A DNA stretch of 64,000 nucleotides, from NCBI GenBank assembly GCA_963809485.1, contig CAWEJX010000020.1:928001-992000 (forward strand), given 5' to 3'. The notes beneath the pieces were generated by a model, which ran no database searches, had not been told where the DNA came from, and saw nothing but the letters and a program-made list of their open reading frames with translations. Each line of letters starts with the position of its first letter. Position 1 is the stretch's first letter. Positions 20,474 through 30,860 of the stretch are shown here, piece by piece. Source of the DNA: an uncultured Acidobacteriota bacterium (lineage in GTDB: Bacteria > Acidobacteriota > UBA6911). Position numbers and translations under genes: made by a program.

Positions 20474-20836
20474 ATGGCAACGGGAAGCCGGGTGATACGT
20501 GATCGGAGAATGATTTCGCGGGTGCCTGCCCGCCTGAGCTGTCGTTTCACTTATCAGGGAGTCAGCCGCGAAGCGGTCGTCATCGACCTGTCGCTCAACG
20601 GAGCGTATCTCGCCGCCAAATTTCTGCCGCCCAATGACGGGGGAGTAACCATAACCCTGAAAACGCCTCCCTTGAAGAATGCCCTGATCCTGGAAGGCAA
20701 GGTCATCCGCGGCGCTGAGGATATATCCGATCGCGGCAGCCTGGGAAAGTTCGGGATCAAATTCAATCAGACTTCGCTGGACCTCATCCGCATCATCAAC
20801 AGGCTGGCCGCCAAGCCCGTTGTGATGATTCACTGA
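20474..20836 (+). CDS. PilZ domain protein
   Basis: RRMISR (RxxxR) and DLSLNG (DxSxxG) c-di-GMP-binding motifs. Confidence 0.85.
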   Translation: MATGSRVIRDRRMISRVPARLSCRFTYQGVSREAVVIDLSLNGAYLAAKFLPPNDGGVTITLKTPPLKNALILEGKVIRGAEDISDRGSLGKFGIKFNQTSLDLIRIINRLAAKPVVMIH

Positions 20837-20950
20837 CCGAGTTCTGAAACAAAATCCAGCCGCAACCGATAAACGCGCCGGCCAACAACCCGAGTGGCAG
20901 CCTGTTCCACTTCAGGTACCACGTTCAACGGCCGGCAAGATCGCCTGAGG

Positions 20951-23297
20951 CTATATTTTGCCCAGCGCCTTCAGGATCTTATCCGGCGTGGTGGGGAAAT
21001 CCGTGACCCACTTGCCGATGGCATTGTATATCGCGGGCGCCGTAATCGTGGTGGTACAGGCGGCGCTGCTCTCGCCGATGCCGTACATCCCATAGGGACC
21101 ATACCCCAAAGCGGATTCAAGGATATGGCAGTCTATCGGCCCGACGTCGTTCATGGTCGGAATCTCGTAGCTTACGTGGTTGTCATTGAGCTTCACGCCG
21201 GTTTTGGGATCGTAGTAGATGGCCTCCATATTGGACCGCCCGATGCCCATATAGGAACCGCCATACTGCTGGCCATTGATGGAATCAGGATTGATCGCTT
21301 TCCCGATATCGTTCACAACGACATGCTTCGTCACTTCGACCAATCCCGTCTCGGGATCAACCTCCACCTCGGTGAAATAGCACTGTCTGGCAAAGATGTG
21401 CATACGAATATTGGAGCTGACATAGGGAGGGAAGTCCCAGCCGAAAAAGGGCGAATTGACGCCGTCATAGTAGGGCGCGACGATGTCGGCGACTTTGACC
21501 TTGCGCGACGGATCCGACTTGTCGAAGACCATGCCGTCCGCGATCTCCAGATCCTCGGGGCTTTTCCCCGGGAATTTCGCCGGTTGAGGCTTTCGCATCA
21601 TGCCGCCGGGCGAAGGTTTCACAGCGCATTCGAGGATGATCCTCTTCAGGTTCCTCGCGGCTCGAATCATGGCCGGGAAGGTGCGCACCGATCCCATGGA
21701 CCCGCTGATTTCCGTGACCGAAAACTTGACATCCTTGTCGTGACGCCAGGTGACATCTTCATACTTCAGGCCCAGTTCGCCGGAAACCAACTGGACACAG
21801 GCCGTAGGGCTGGACACGCCGATATCGCAAGTCCGAGCCACGATGTTGGCCGTTCCGTCCGGGCGCATCATCACGCCCACCATGCTCGGGCCCGGCATGC
21901 AGCGCCACGCGATCATCCAAATGAAGCCTATTCCGTGATAGTGCCCGTTGGGGAGTATCTTTGCTCCCGGGGCATGCCACTTGAGATCCCAGTCTATCGC
22001 CTTCTTTCCCCTCTCGATGCATTCTTTGAGGCTGTCGAATTCGGGATTGAAGCCTTGTTCGGCTTTGACTTTGATCAGCTCCGACATGGGATGGCCTTCA
22101 CAGCCGTCATTGATCATGGCGACTTTTGTCGGGTCCATATTCAGTGTGGCGGCCACCTGGTTGAATACCAGGTTGGGAGGCGCGCAGGCGGGCCCCCCGT
22201 CCTTGGCGCAAGGATTGAATCCGCGGCTCAGAAACGGCACCACTTCCCGGCTGTAGAGATGAGGAATGGCCGTCCCTTCCTGGAACTTCCCCAGCGTGTG
22301 ATGCATCATCTGGCTGGCCCAGAGCAATTCGCACTTGACCGCGTTGATCTTCCCGTCCGGCTCGAATCCCACCGTGAACTGGTAGGAACCGTTCGTCTCC
22401 TCGCCTCCGTGGAAATGGCTTTCATCCCACAGCATCTTCACCGGCCTGCCGGTTCTTTTGGCTGCGGCAACGGCGTAGCTGGTAAAGCCGGAAGCGTTGC
22501 CGATGGACTTGGACCAGTTCAGGCCGCCGAATTGACCGCCTCCGTAAGCCGTGTTGATCGTGATTTTGTCCTGGGGCGCATAGCCCGCGGCGGAAAGAGT
22601 CTGGAGGACCTTATTGGGCGACTGGCCGTGATACCAGACTTCGAGATAGTCTCCCTTCCATTCGGCCACGCAGGCGTGCGCCTCGATCACGGTCGTGTTG
22701 TCTTCTTCGTCCGTCATTCTGAAGGTGATGGTCTTGGAGGATTCCTTCAATCCCTTCTCGACGTCGCCATACTTGATGATGGTCTCGTTGTTCAGGTTGT
22801 CCTTGTCATTCAAATCCGGCCGCAGAAGCGGTGCGCCGGGTTTTAAAGCTTCCTCCCAGTCCAGGATGAAGGGGAAGCTGCTCCCACTCGATTTCTATGA
22901 GCCGCAACGCCCGGTCGCACAGGGCTTCGGAGTCGGCGACCACCAGGGCGCCAACCGGCTGGCTGAAATAATGGGCCGTGCCGGGAAGCATGTCATGGGT
23001 TCCGAACTCCGTTCCCGTAAAGGGCCGGACCCCGATGTCTTTCGGGTCGTCATACCTCAGCACGGCCCTGACTCCTACCAGGGCTTCGGCCTTTGAGGTG
23101 TCCATTTTCTTGATTTTTGCATGCGCATGCGGGGAGAGATACAGCTTCCCATAGAGCATCCCGGGACGATAGATGTCTCTTACAAAAATCGCGGTTCCGC
23201 TCGCCTTCTCAAATCCATCGACACGCCGCACGCGGCGCTTGCCGATGACGCTGTTTTCGGGCACTTTCCATAGCCACGGCTTGTATTCTTCTGCCAT
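20951..23297 (-). pseudogene. Xanthine dehydrogenase family molybdopterin-binding subunit with a +1 frameshift in the G4 run at 22871-22874
   Basis: N-terminal RVDGFEKASG and SPHAHA; GGGQFGG, EVEVDPETG, GQQYGG, GIGES, NAIYNAIG-type motifs; removing one base joins the two ORFs. Confidence 0.85.
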
Positions 23298-23549
23298 CCC
23301 CTTAGTCCCCCATACGCACCAGGAACAATGGATTCCTGCAAAGCCGATCTTTTCCAGCAAAGCACGTCACAAAGGCGTCCGGCTCTTTCCTGAAGGGAAT
23401 CAGGCCGATCCGGGCCCAATGTGGCAAAGCGGCATTTTATAGCACCGCAATCCACAGATGCAACAGCGACGGAAATAATGGGAAGAGGCGAAGTGGAACT
23501 GGACTCAGGTCAGAAACCTGAAGGGAAGCAATGCAGCCCCACCGGGCTA

Positions 23550-23695
23550 TCGGGAGCGGCTCACTGGTTCTTACACGCCGACCCTTACCTCAGGGATCAG
23601 TCTTCGTCCGTGTTTTGTCCGGTTGTCGGCATTCGATGGTCCTGGAACTGTCAAACTCCGCGAGTCACACCGGCAGAGCTTGACGGCAGGTTTAT
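23550..23695 (-). repeat. Eroded copy of the IS200-ended element (older subfamily)
   Basis: TTCGTCCGTGTTTTGTC..GGAACTGTCAAACTCCGCGAGTCACACCGGCAGAGC aligns with the 61878-62080 copy. Confidence 0.55.
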
Positions 23696-24130
23696 TTAAG
23701 GTATCTGCACGATCGGGTAGTCGGCAGCTTTCCAGGCGTTCATGCCCTGGGCCATGCTGGAGATCTTCGCAAAGCCGGCTTTCTTCAGGATGTCGCGGCC
23801 CATCGCGCTGCGGCCGCCTGAACGGCAGACCACGACAATCTCCTTATCCCGCGGAAGCTCATTGGCCCTTTTTTCCAGCTGGCCAATCGGGATCAATGTC
23901 GCCCCGGCAATGTGACCCGACGCGTACTCCTCAGGCTCTCTCACGTCCAGAATAAACGCACCAGTATTAAGCTTTGCTTTAGTCTGGGCTACTGAAATTT
24001 CTTCCGGAAACGGCCCGTCTTCTGCCGCCGCCCGAGCTGCCGGCCCTGCAACAAAGCCTATTCCAGCCGCAATCAGACATGCCCAAAATATTATGGCCTT
24101 CGACCTTTTAAAACCCCGGTGTCTCATCAT
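23696..24130 (-). CDS. Exported rhodanese-like domain protein
   Basis: ILDVREPEEYASGHIAGA, active-site CRSGGRS, N-terminal signal/TM. Confidence 0.88.
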   Translation of the reverse strand: MMRHRGFKRSKAIIFWACLIAAGIGFVAGPAARAAAEDGPFPEEISVAQTKAKLNTGAFILDVREPEEYASGHIAGATLIPIGQLEKRANELPRDKEIVVVCRSGGRSAMGRDILKKAGFAKISSMAQGMNAWKAADYPIVQIP

Positions 24131-24237
24131 ATGTCGTCCATGCTCCTGTCCAATCCCCAGCATTCCTGCCAGTTACCAGTTTATACCATTTTTCGGGGCG
24201 GCCAAGGCCTCCGGAATGGACTTTATGCAAATTTATG

Positions 24238-24284
24238 TTGACAGCACGGCGCAGGCCTCCTATTATGTTTCCATATTTGGAAAC
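24238..24284 (+). promoter_or_regulatory. Sigma70 promoter with adjacent palindromic operator (likely ArsR-family autoregulation)
   Basis: TTGACA-17bp-TATTAT (24238-24266) then GTTTCCA-TATT-TGGAAAC (24267-24284). Confidence 0.75.
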
Positions 24285-24293
24285 TTGTAAACT

Positions 24294-24659
24294 ATGAAAC
24301 ATAATGCTATGGATCGGCAGGCGATGCAAAAGGTCTTCCGGATGCAGTGCGAAATCTGCAAAGCCCTGGGCCACCCGACAAGGCTTGCCATCGTGGACAG
24401 GCTTAAGGAGGGGGAAGCCTCCGCCGCCGAGCTGATCGCCGATCTGGACATCTCCAAAGCGAATCTTTCCAAGCATGTAGCCCTGCTTGTACGAGGAGAG
24501 ATCGCCGAGTCGAGGCGGGAAGGCAGGAAAATTTTTTACCGGCTCCTGGATCCGGAAATTCACAAAGCCTGCGCCATCATGCGGGCGATTCTCTATCGCA
24601 GACTGAAGGAAGGAGAAAAGCTGGCTTCGGTCCTCAGTCCGGCCAGAGTCCGCCATTAG
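24294..24659 (+). CDS. ArsR/SmtB family transcriptional regulator
   Basis: KALGHPTRLAIV, SKANLSKH, RREGRKIFY. Confidence 0.9.
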   Translation: MKHNAMDRQAMQKVFRMQCEICKALGHPTRLAIVDRLKEGEASAAELIADLDISKANLSKHVALLVRGEIAESRREGRKIFYRLLDPEIHKACAIMRAILYRRLKEGEKLASVLSPARVRH

Positions 24660-24695
24660 TTCCAAAAAATCGTCAACACCTGTTTTGGGGCAACT

Positions 24696-26063
24696 ATGCA
24701 TAAGTCACCGAATCGGAGATATTGGGCTCTTTCAGTCGTTGTTGTGCTCTTGGCTATTCCTCTTGCCGCTGAGGAGAAACTGACGCTGCAGCAGGCCGTT
24801 GCCCGGGCTCTGGAAAACAACCCGGATCTTGCCGTGGATGAACCCGGCCGGCAGGCTGCGCTTTCCGAATACGAGGCTGCACGGGCCGGATATCTGCCGC
24901 GCCTTGACTTCGAGCAGTCCTATCTGGCAGGAGATAATCCCGTCTTCGTTTTCGGCACTCTGCTGACGCAACGAAAATTCACGGTTGAAAATTTCGCCTT
25001 GCCGTCGCTCAATAACCCGTCAGCGGAAGACAACCTGCAGACCCGCGCCACGCTGCAGCAGACGATCTGGGATTTCGGCAGGACCAGGAGCCGCCGCGAA
25101 CAGGCCCAGTTGGGCGTGAAAATCGCCGACAAGTCTCACGAAGACCACATCCGCCAGGTCCTGTTCGCCACATTTGACGGCTATCACCAGGCCTCGCTCG
25201 CACGCGAAGCACTCGAGACGGCGCAGCGGGCGCTCCGCTCGGCGGAATCGATCGAGAGTCAGGCCAAATCACGCGTTGAGGCCGGCCTGGCGGTGGAGGC
25301 CGATCTGCTGCGCAGCCGCGTCTATCTTTCTACTGCCAGACAGCAGTTAATCCAGGCCCAGGGCATGCTGGAGATCGCCAGGGCTCAACTAAACCGTCTC
25401 ATGGGCAACCCCCTTCAGGACGCCGTTGGCGAGACGGCTCCCCTGGCGGCGCAAAGCATCCCGATCCCATCCGAAGAAGCCCTGATCGCCGAGCAGAAGC
25501 AACGCAGGCCGGATTACCAGAACCTGCTGACAGAGCTGCGGGAAGCGGAACTTGCGGTCAGCTCCCGCCAGAAGGAATACCTGCCCCTGCTGGCGGGCTA
25601 CGGTCAATGGGAGATGGACAATCCGGCCATCCATGATTTCGGCGGCAGCAACTGGTCGGCCGGAATCACCCTGCGCTGGAATCTGTATGCAGGCGGCGGG
25701 GATGCGGCACAGCTGCAAGCCGCCCGCCATCGCCTGGAGCAGAAGCGCCGGCAAATCAGGGCCATGGAATCCGCAATGGCGCTCGAGGTCCGCAGGGCTA
25801 TCATTCAGTACCGTGCGGCCGAACAGCAGGTGACGGCCGCACAGGCCGGCGAGGCGCAAAGCGAAGAAGGGCTCCGAATCCTGAAAAACCGCTATGATGC
25901 GGGTCTCGCGACCATGACGGATATTCTGTCGGCCGAGACCTCCCGCAGCGGCGCGAGGACAAATCTTGCCGAAGCCATTTACCGGCAGCGGCTCAGCTAT
26001 GCACAGATCGAATATACCGCCGGCATCCTGGCTTCAACATCCCCGGCCATGAATTTGCAGTAG
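24696..26063 (+). CDS. TolC family outer membrane efflux protein
   Basis: LTLQQAVARALENNPDL, two OEP repeats, RYDAGLAT. Confidence 0.9.
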   Translation: MHKSPNRRYWALSVVVVLLAIPLAAEEKLTLQQAVARALENNPDLAVDEPGRQAALSEYEAARAGYLPRLDFEQSYLAGDNPVFVFGTLLTQRKFTVENFALPSLNNPSAEDNLQTRATLQQTIWDFGRTRSRREQAQLGVKIADKSHEDHIRQVLFATFDGYHQASLAREALETAQRALRSAESIESQAKSRVEAGLAVEADLLRSRVYLSTARQQLIQAQGMLEIARAQLNRLMGNPLQDAVGETAPLAAQSIPIPSEEALIAEQKQRRPDYQNLLTELREAELAVSSRQKEYLPLLAGYGQWEMDNPAIHDFGGSNWSAGITLRWNLYAGGGDAAQLQAARHRLEQKRRQIRAMESAMALEVRRAIIQYRAAEQQVTAAQAGEAQSEEGLRILKNRYDAGLATMTDILSAETSRSGARTNLAEAIYRQRLSYAQIEYTAGILASTSPAMNLQ

Positions 26064-26166
26064 TGGTTTTGAGACAGTCTCTCTGGAACTGTCTGTCCAA
26101 TGCCGACTATGGAACAACAATCGTGCGGGTCCGGGATCCGTGCTCATTGAACAAACGGGACACACT

Positions 26167-27360
26167 ATGAAACGCAAGTCTTTGCTTCTCATTTTGGTTT
26201 CGGGACTGGCAGCGCAGCTGGCCTGCAGCGACAAACAGACCGAATCACCTTCTCGCGGCGCAGCGGTTCCGGTCAGCGTGATTGCAGCCCATTACGAACA
26301 GGCTCCGGCGATCCTTGAGGCGCCCGGAACGGTTCAGCCCCGCAACCGCATCGTGCTCTCATCGCAGATCAACGGCTTTGTCCGGGCAATGCGCGTGAGG
26401 GTGGGCGACAGCGTCCGGCAGGATCAGGTGCTGGCGCTCCTGGACGCGCGCGACGCCGAGAGCCAGAAAGCCGTATCCCAGGCAGCCATCGAGGAAGCGG
26501 AGGCTGCCCTGTCGGAAGCGCGCAGGGCCCACCGTGCGGCGGTTGAGATGCAGTCCGCCTCAAAAGCTTCTGCGGATCTGGCCCAGCAGACCCTCAGCCG
26601 ATACCAGAAGCTTTTCGAATCGCGTTCGGTTTCGCCGCAGGAAATCGACGAGGTGCGGGCCCGGCGCGACGCTGCCGCCGCGGAACTGGCTTCGAGAGGA
26701 TCGATGGTCGCCGCGGCCGAGGACCGCGTGCGGCAGGTTGAAGCCAGGATCTCCCAGGCCAAAGCCCAGCATGACCGCGCCGATGTCCTGATGAGCTGGA
26801 CTCAAATAAAGGCGCCCTCGGCGGGAAAAATCGTCGAGCGCCCGGCGGATACGGGGACGGCAATTTTCCCGGGATCGCCGCTGATGGTAATCGAATCCAC
26901 GGCCAGGCCCCAGGCTCTCGCGGACCTTCCAACGGAACATGCTGCACATTTGAAGCCCGGAATGAAGGTGCGGCTCAGGACTGCCGGAATCAAGGATGCA
27001 ATCGAGGGAATTGTCACGGAAATGGTGCCGCTTTCCAATCCGGCTACGCACAGCGTCCAGTTCAAAGTCGACCTCCCGCCGAACGTCCAGCTCCCCAACG
27101 GGCAGTTTGTAAAAATCGATGTGCCTGTGGGAGCTCGGAATGCGCTATTGGTCCCGAGCGAGGCAATCCGTGAAACCGGGCAGCTTGTGGGTTTATTCGT
27201 TGTGGATGGCGAGTCCAAAGCCCGATTCCGCCTCGTGAAAAGCTCGCCCTATGATGCCGAACGGTCCGAGATCCTGTCCGGCATCGAACCCGGTGAACGC
27301 ATTATTGCCGGCTTGAGCGAGCAAATTATCGAAGGAATCCCCGTGGAGGTCCGCCCATGA
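26167..27360 (+). CDS. RND efflux periplasmic adaptor (MFP) lipoprotein
   Basis: Lipobox [14 protein letters not shown], coiled hairpin, IKAPSAG. Confidence 0.9.
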   Translation: MKRKSLLLILVSGLAAQLACSDKQTESPSRGAAVPVSVIAAHYEQAPAILEAPGTVQPRNRIVLSSQINGFVRAMRVRVGDSVRQDQVLALLDARDAESQKAVSQAAIEEAEAALSEARRAHRAAVEMQSASKASADLAQQTLSRYQKLFESRSVSPQEIDEVRARRDAAAAELASRGSMVAAAEDRVRQVEARISQAKAQHDRADVLMSWTQIKAPSAGKIVERPADTGTAIFPGSPLMVIESTARPQALADLPTEHAAHLKPGMKVRLRTAGIKDAIEGIVTEMVPLSNPATHSVQFKVDLPPNVQLPNGQFVKIDVPVGARNALLVPSEAIRETGQLVGLFVVDGESKARFRLVKSSPYDAERSEILSGIEPGERIIAGLSEQIIEGIPVEVRP

Positions 27361-30300
27361 GCGAACCGCAGACTGCAGGAAAACTTGCCCGGGCTTTCAT
27401 ACACTCGAAGCTAACCCCGCTGATTCTGGTGGCCTCAGTCCTGTTGGGTGTCGCGGCCGTCATCATGCTTCCCAGAGAAGAAGAGCCTCAGATCATTGTT
27501 CCGATGATCGACGTTATGGTTTCGTTCCCGGGCGCATCCGCCAAGGAGGTGGAGACACGGATTACCCGGCCTATGGAACAGCTTCTTTGGGAAATCCCCG
27601 GGGTTGAATATGTCTACAGCACCTCGAGCCCCGGTTCAAGCATGGCCATTGTCCGCTTCTACGTAGGGGAGGATGAGGAAAATAGCATCGTCCGGCTGAA
27701 CCAGAAGATGTTCGCAAATTTTGATCTGATACCGCCGGGCTGCTCGCAGCCGCTGATCAAGCCGCGCTCCATCGACGACGTCCCGTTCCTGGCCCTCACA
27801 CTCTGGAGTCCCGAGCTGGACGGCTACCAGCTGCGGCGCGCTGCGGCGGAGCTCCGAAACGAACTGCAGCAGATACCCGATATATCCGCGACCGAGCTCA
27901 TTGGCGGCCAGCGTCGCACGATGCTTGTGGAACCGGATCCGGTAAAGATGGCCGCCTATGGCATCAGCGCCACCCGGCTGCACGGCATCCTGCAGATGGA
28001 AAACCGCGAAACCCATGCCGGAATCGTTACTCAGGGGAATGAGGCCTTTTCCGTCCACCTCAGCGGGTTCTTTCGAAGCGCCGACGATGTCAACGCCCTG
28101 GTGGTAGGAGTGCAAGGCGGTGTCCCGGTATATCTGCGGGATGTTGCGAAGATCACGGATGGTCCCGAGGAGCCCGCGGATTATGTCTTTTTCTCGCCCG
28201 GCCCCGCCGCTGCGGCCAAAGGGATCCAAATTCCGGGCAAGGATCATCGTTCGGACGCGACTCTGAAGTCCGCAGCCCATATCGGCAGCGAGATGATGCC
28301 GGCAATCACCATTACGTTCGCCAAGCGAAAGGGCAAAAACGCCGTTGTGCTTGCGGAGCAGGTTTTGGAGAAGGCCGGCCATTTCCGTGCCCGAAACTTC
28401 CCTGCTTCGCTTCAAATGACGGTCACTCGGGATTACGGCGATACCGCGGCGGAGAAATCCAACGAACTGCTGCTCCATATGATGATCGCCGTCATATCGG
28501 TAACGATCCTGATCTGGCTGATCCTGGGTTTCAGGGAAGCCGGGGTGGTCGCCGTGGCGATTCCCGTAACGCTGGCTTTGACCCTCGTCGTTTTCCTTCT
28601 GTACGGCTACACGCTCAACCGCATCACCCTGTTTGCCCTCATCTTTTCCATCGGGATCCTGGTCGATGACGCCATCGTCGTCATTGAGAACATCGTCCGT
28701 CACAAACGCATGCCGCAAAACCGGGACCGGCGTTTTTCCGATGTCGCGGTGGAAGCGGTCGACGAGGTCGGCAACCCGACCATCCTGGCAACCTTTGCCG
28801 TAATTGCCGCCATCCTACCCATGGCTATGGTCCGGGGATTGATGGGCCCGTATATGCGCCCGATACCGGTGGGCGCTTCGGCGGCCATGATTTTTTCGCT
28901 GTTGGTGGCTTTTGTGATTACGCCTTGGGCGGCCCAGCGTTTTCTGCGTGGATCCCACAAAGGGCATGACGAAGGGGAGCAGGAAGACCTCACCACCCGG
29001 TTCTATCGCCGCTTCATGGGAGGTTTGCTGGCGCGCGACCGGAACCAATGGCTTTTTCTGGGGCTTGTGACTGTGCTGCTGATTGCAGCCTGCAGCATGG
29101 TTTATTTCAAACTCGTCGTCGTTAAAATGCTTCCTTTCGACAACAAGAGCGAGTTCCAGGTCATCGTCGATATGCCGGAAGGCACAAGCCTGGAGAAGAC
29201 AGCCGCCGCCACGCGCGCGCTTGCTGTCCGATTGAGCCAGATTCCGGAAATCACGGATTTCGAGACCTATGTGGGAACCGCGTCCCCCTACAATTTCAAC
29301 GGCCTGGTCCGGCATTACTACACCCGCCGGGGCGAGAATGTGGCCGACATCCAGGTCAACCTGACTCCCAAAGGAGACCGTTCGGATCAGAGCCACGCAA
29401 TTGCGCGCCGCGTGAGAGATTTGCTGCAACCCGTGGCTGCGCAACACGGGATCCGAATGAAAGTGGCGGAAGTGCCTCCCGGACCCCCGGTACTGCAAAC
29501 TCTGGTCGCCGAAGTTTACGGTCCCGATTATGACCGGCAGATCGAGCTGGCCCGGGAAATCAGGACCATGCTGGAAAAAACGCCCGGCGTCGTGGATGTC
29601 GACTGGTACGTTGAGGATCCTCAGCCTGAGATGCTGTTTCACTTTGACCGGCTCAAGGCGTCCATGGCCGGAGTTTCCATAGCCGAGGCTCAACAGGTCG
29701 TCGCGCTTTCGGTCAGCGGATCCCAGGCAGGCCTCCTGCACTTCCCGAAGGAAGCGGAGGATGTCCCGCTCCGCCTCCGTCTGCCTCTGGCCGACCGCTC
29801 CAGCATTGACGCCCTGAACAGGCTTCGCGTCGCTTCGGCTTCGGGCAAACTGGTTCCGCTGGGTGAACTTGGCCGCTGGGAGAAATCCGAGCGCGAACGG
29901 AATATTTACCACAAGAACCTGATGCCGGTGGTCTACGTGACGGCCGACGTTGCGGGCCGCGAGGAAAGCCCTGTTTACCCGATTCTAAATATGGACGAGC
30001 GGATCACAGCGATGCATCTGCCTGAGGGATACCGTCTCGAGACATACACGGCGCAGCAACCTTCGGAATCCGACCGCCTTGCCATGAAATGGGACGGCGA
30101 ATGGCACATAACCTACGAGGTCTTTCGCGATCTGGGCCTGGCCTTTGCCGCCGTGCTGGTGCTGATATACATCCTGGTTGTGGCCTGGTTCCAGAGCTTC
30201 AAAACTCCGCTGGTTATCATGGCCGCAATACCCTTTTCCCTGGTTGGAATTCTTCCCGGACACTGGGCCCTCGGAGCCTTTTTCACCGCGACCTCCATGA

Positions 30301-30638
30301 TCGGGTTCATTGCCGGAGCCGGGATCGTGGTGCGGAACTCGATCATTCTCGTGGATTTTATCGAGTTGCGCCTGAGCCTGGGCGAACCGCTCGCTCAGGC
30401 GGTTGTGGACGCGGGCGCCGTGCGCTTCCGCCCCATGATGCTTACGGCTGCGGCAGTTGTTGTAGGTTCGGCCGTAATCCTTTTTGATCCCATATTCCAG
30501 GGTCTGGCAATTTCGTTGATGGCGGGCGAAGTCGCTTCCCTGCTTCTCAGCAGAATGACCGTTCCGATATTATATTACCGGATGAAGCGATGGGAGATGG
30601 AGCATTCTCCTCTGCCGGTCTTTCCCGAAGGAGACTAA
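27357..30638 (+). CDS. RND efflux permease (AcrB/AcrD/AcrF family)
   Basis: 1093 aa; [30 protein letters not shown]. Confidence 0.93.
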   Translation: MSEPQTAGKLARAFIHSKLTPLILVASVLLGVAAVIMLPREEEPQIIVPMIDVMVSFPGASAKEVETRITRPMEQLLWEIPGVEYVYSTSSPGSSMAIVRFYVGEDEENSIVRLNQKMFANFDLIPPGCSQPLIKPRSIDDVPFLALTLWSPELDGYQLRRAAAELRNELQQIPDISATELIGGQRRTMLVEPDPVKMAAYGISATRLHGILQMENRETHAGIVTQGNEAFSVHLSGFFRSADDVNALVVGVQGGVPVYLRDVAKITDGPEEPADYVFFSPGPAAAAKGIQIPGKDHRSDATLKSAAHIGSEMMPAITITFAKRKGKNAVVLAEQVLEKAGHFRARNFPASLQMTVTRDYGDTAAEKSNELLLHMMIAVISVTILIWLILGFREAGVVAVAIPVTLALTLVVFLLYGYTLNRITLFALIFSIGILVDDAIVVIENIVRHKRMPQNRDRRFSDVAVEAVDEVGNPTILATFAVIAAILPMAMVRGLMGPYMRPIPVGASAAMIFSLLVAFVITPWAAQRFLRGSHKGHDEGEQEDLTTRFYRRFMGGLLARDRNQWLFLGLVTVLLIAACSMVYFKLVVVKMLPFDNKSEFQVIVDMPEGTSLEKTAAATRALAVRLSQIPEITDFETYVGTASPYNFNGLVRHYYTRRGENVADIQVNLTPKGDRSDQSHAIARRVRDLLQPVAAQHGIRMKVAEVPPGPPVLQTLVAEVYGPDYDRQIELAREIRTMLEKTPGVVDVDWYVEDPQPEMLFHFDRLKASMAGVSIAEAQQVVALSVSGSQAGLLHFPKEAEDVPLRLRLPLADRSSIDALNRLRVASASGKLVPLGELGRWEKSERERNIYHKNLMPVVYVTADVAGREESPVYPILNMDERITAMHLPEGYRLETYTAQQPSESDRLAMKWDGEWHITYEVFRDLGLAFAAVLVLIYILVVAWFQSFKTPLVIMAAIPFSLVGILPGHWALGAFFTATSMIGFIAGAGIVVRNSIILVDFIELRLSLGEPLAQAVVDAGAVRFRPMMLTAAAVVVGSAVILFDPIFQGLAISLMAGEVASLLLSRMTVPILYYRMKRWEMEHSPLPVFPEGD

Positions 30639-30639
30639 A

Positions 30640-30831
30640 ATGGCACTTGAAAGATGGATACGGCTGATCGCCGGAAGCTTTGTCCTGATCAGCCTCGCTC
30701 TTGCCCATTGGGTGAATCCCAACTGGCTCTGGTTCACGGCCTTCGTCGGCGCAAACCTGTTCCAGTCCTCGCTCACCCGATGGTGCCTGATGGAAAAAAT
30801 TCTCGCCAGACTGGGTGTGGGTAAAGCCTAG
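30640..30831 (+). CDS. DUF2892 (YgaP-like) small membrane protein
   Basis: ERWIRLIAG, FVGANLFQS, WCLME. Confidence 0.85.
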   Translation: MALERWIRLIAGSFVLISLALAHWVNPNWLWFTAFVGANLFQSSLTRWCLMEKILARLGVGKA

Positions 30832-30860
30832 CGTTCGTGAGACTCGCGGCTGATTACAGG

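Noticed and set aside
20894-22846. 650-aa plus-strand ORF
   Set aside because: Antisense shadow of the xanthine-dehydrogenase-family gene; no recognisable motifs
8420-22880. Programmed ribosomal frameshifting at the broken genes
   Set aside because: No slippery heptamers or stimulators; shifts are of mixed sign in families not known for recoding
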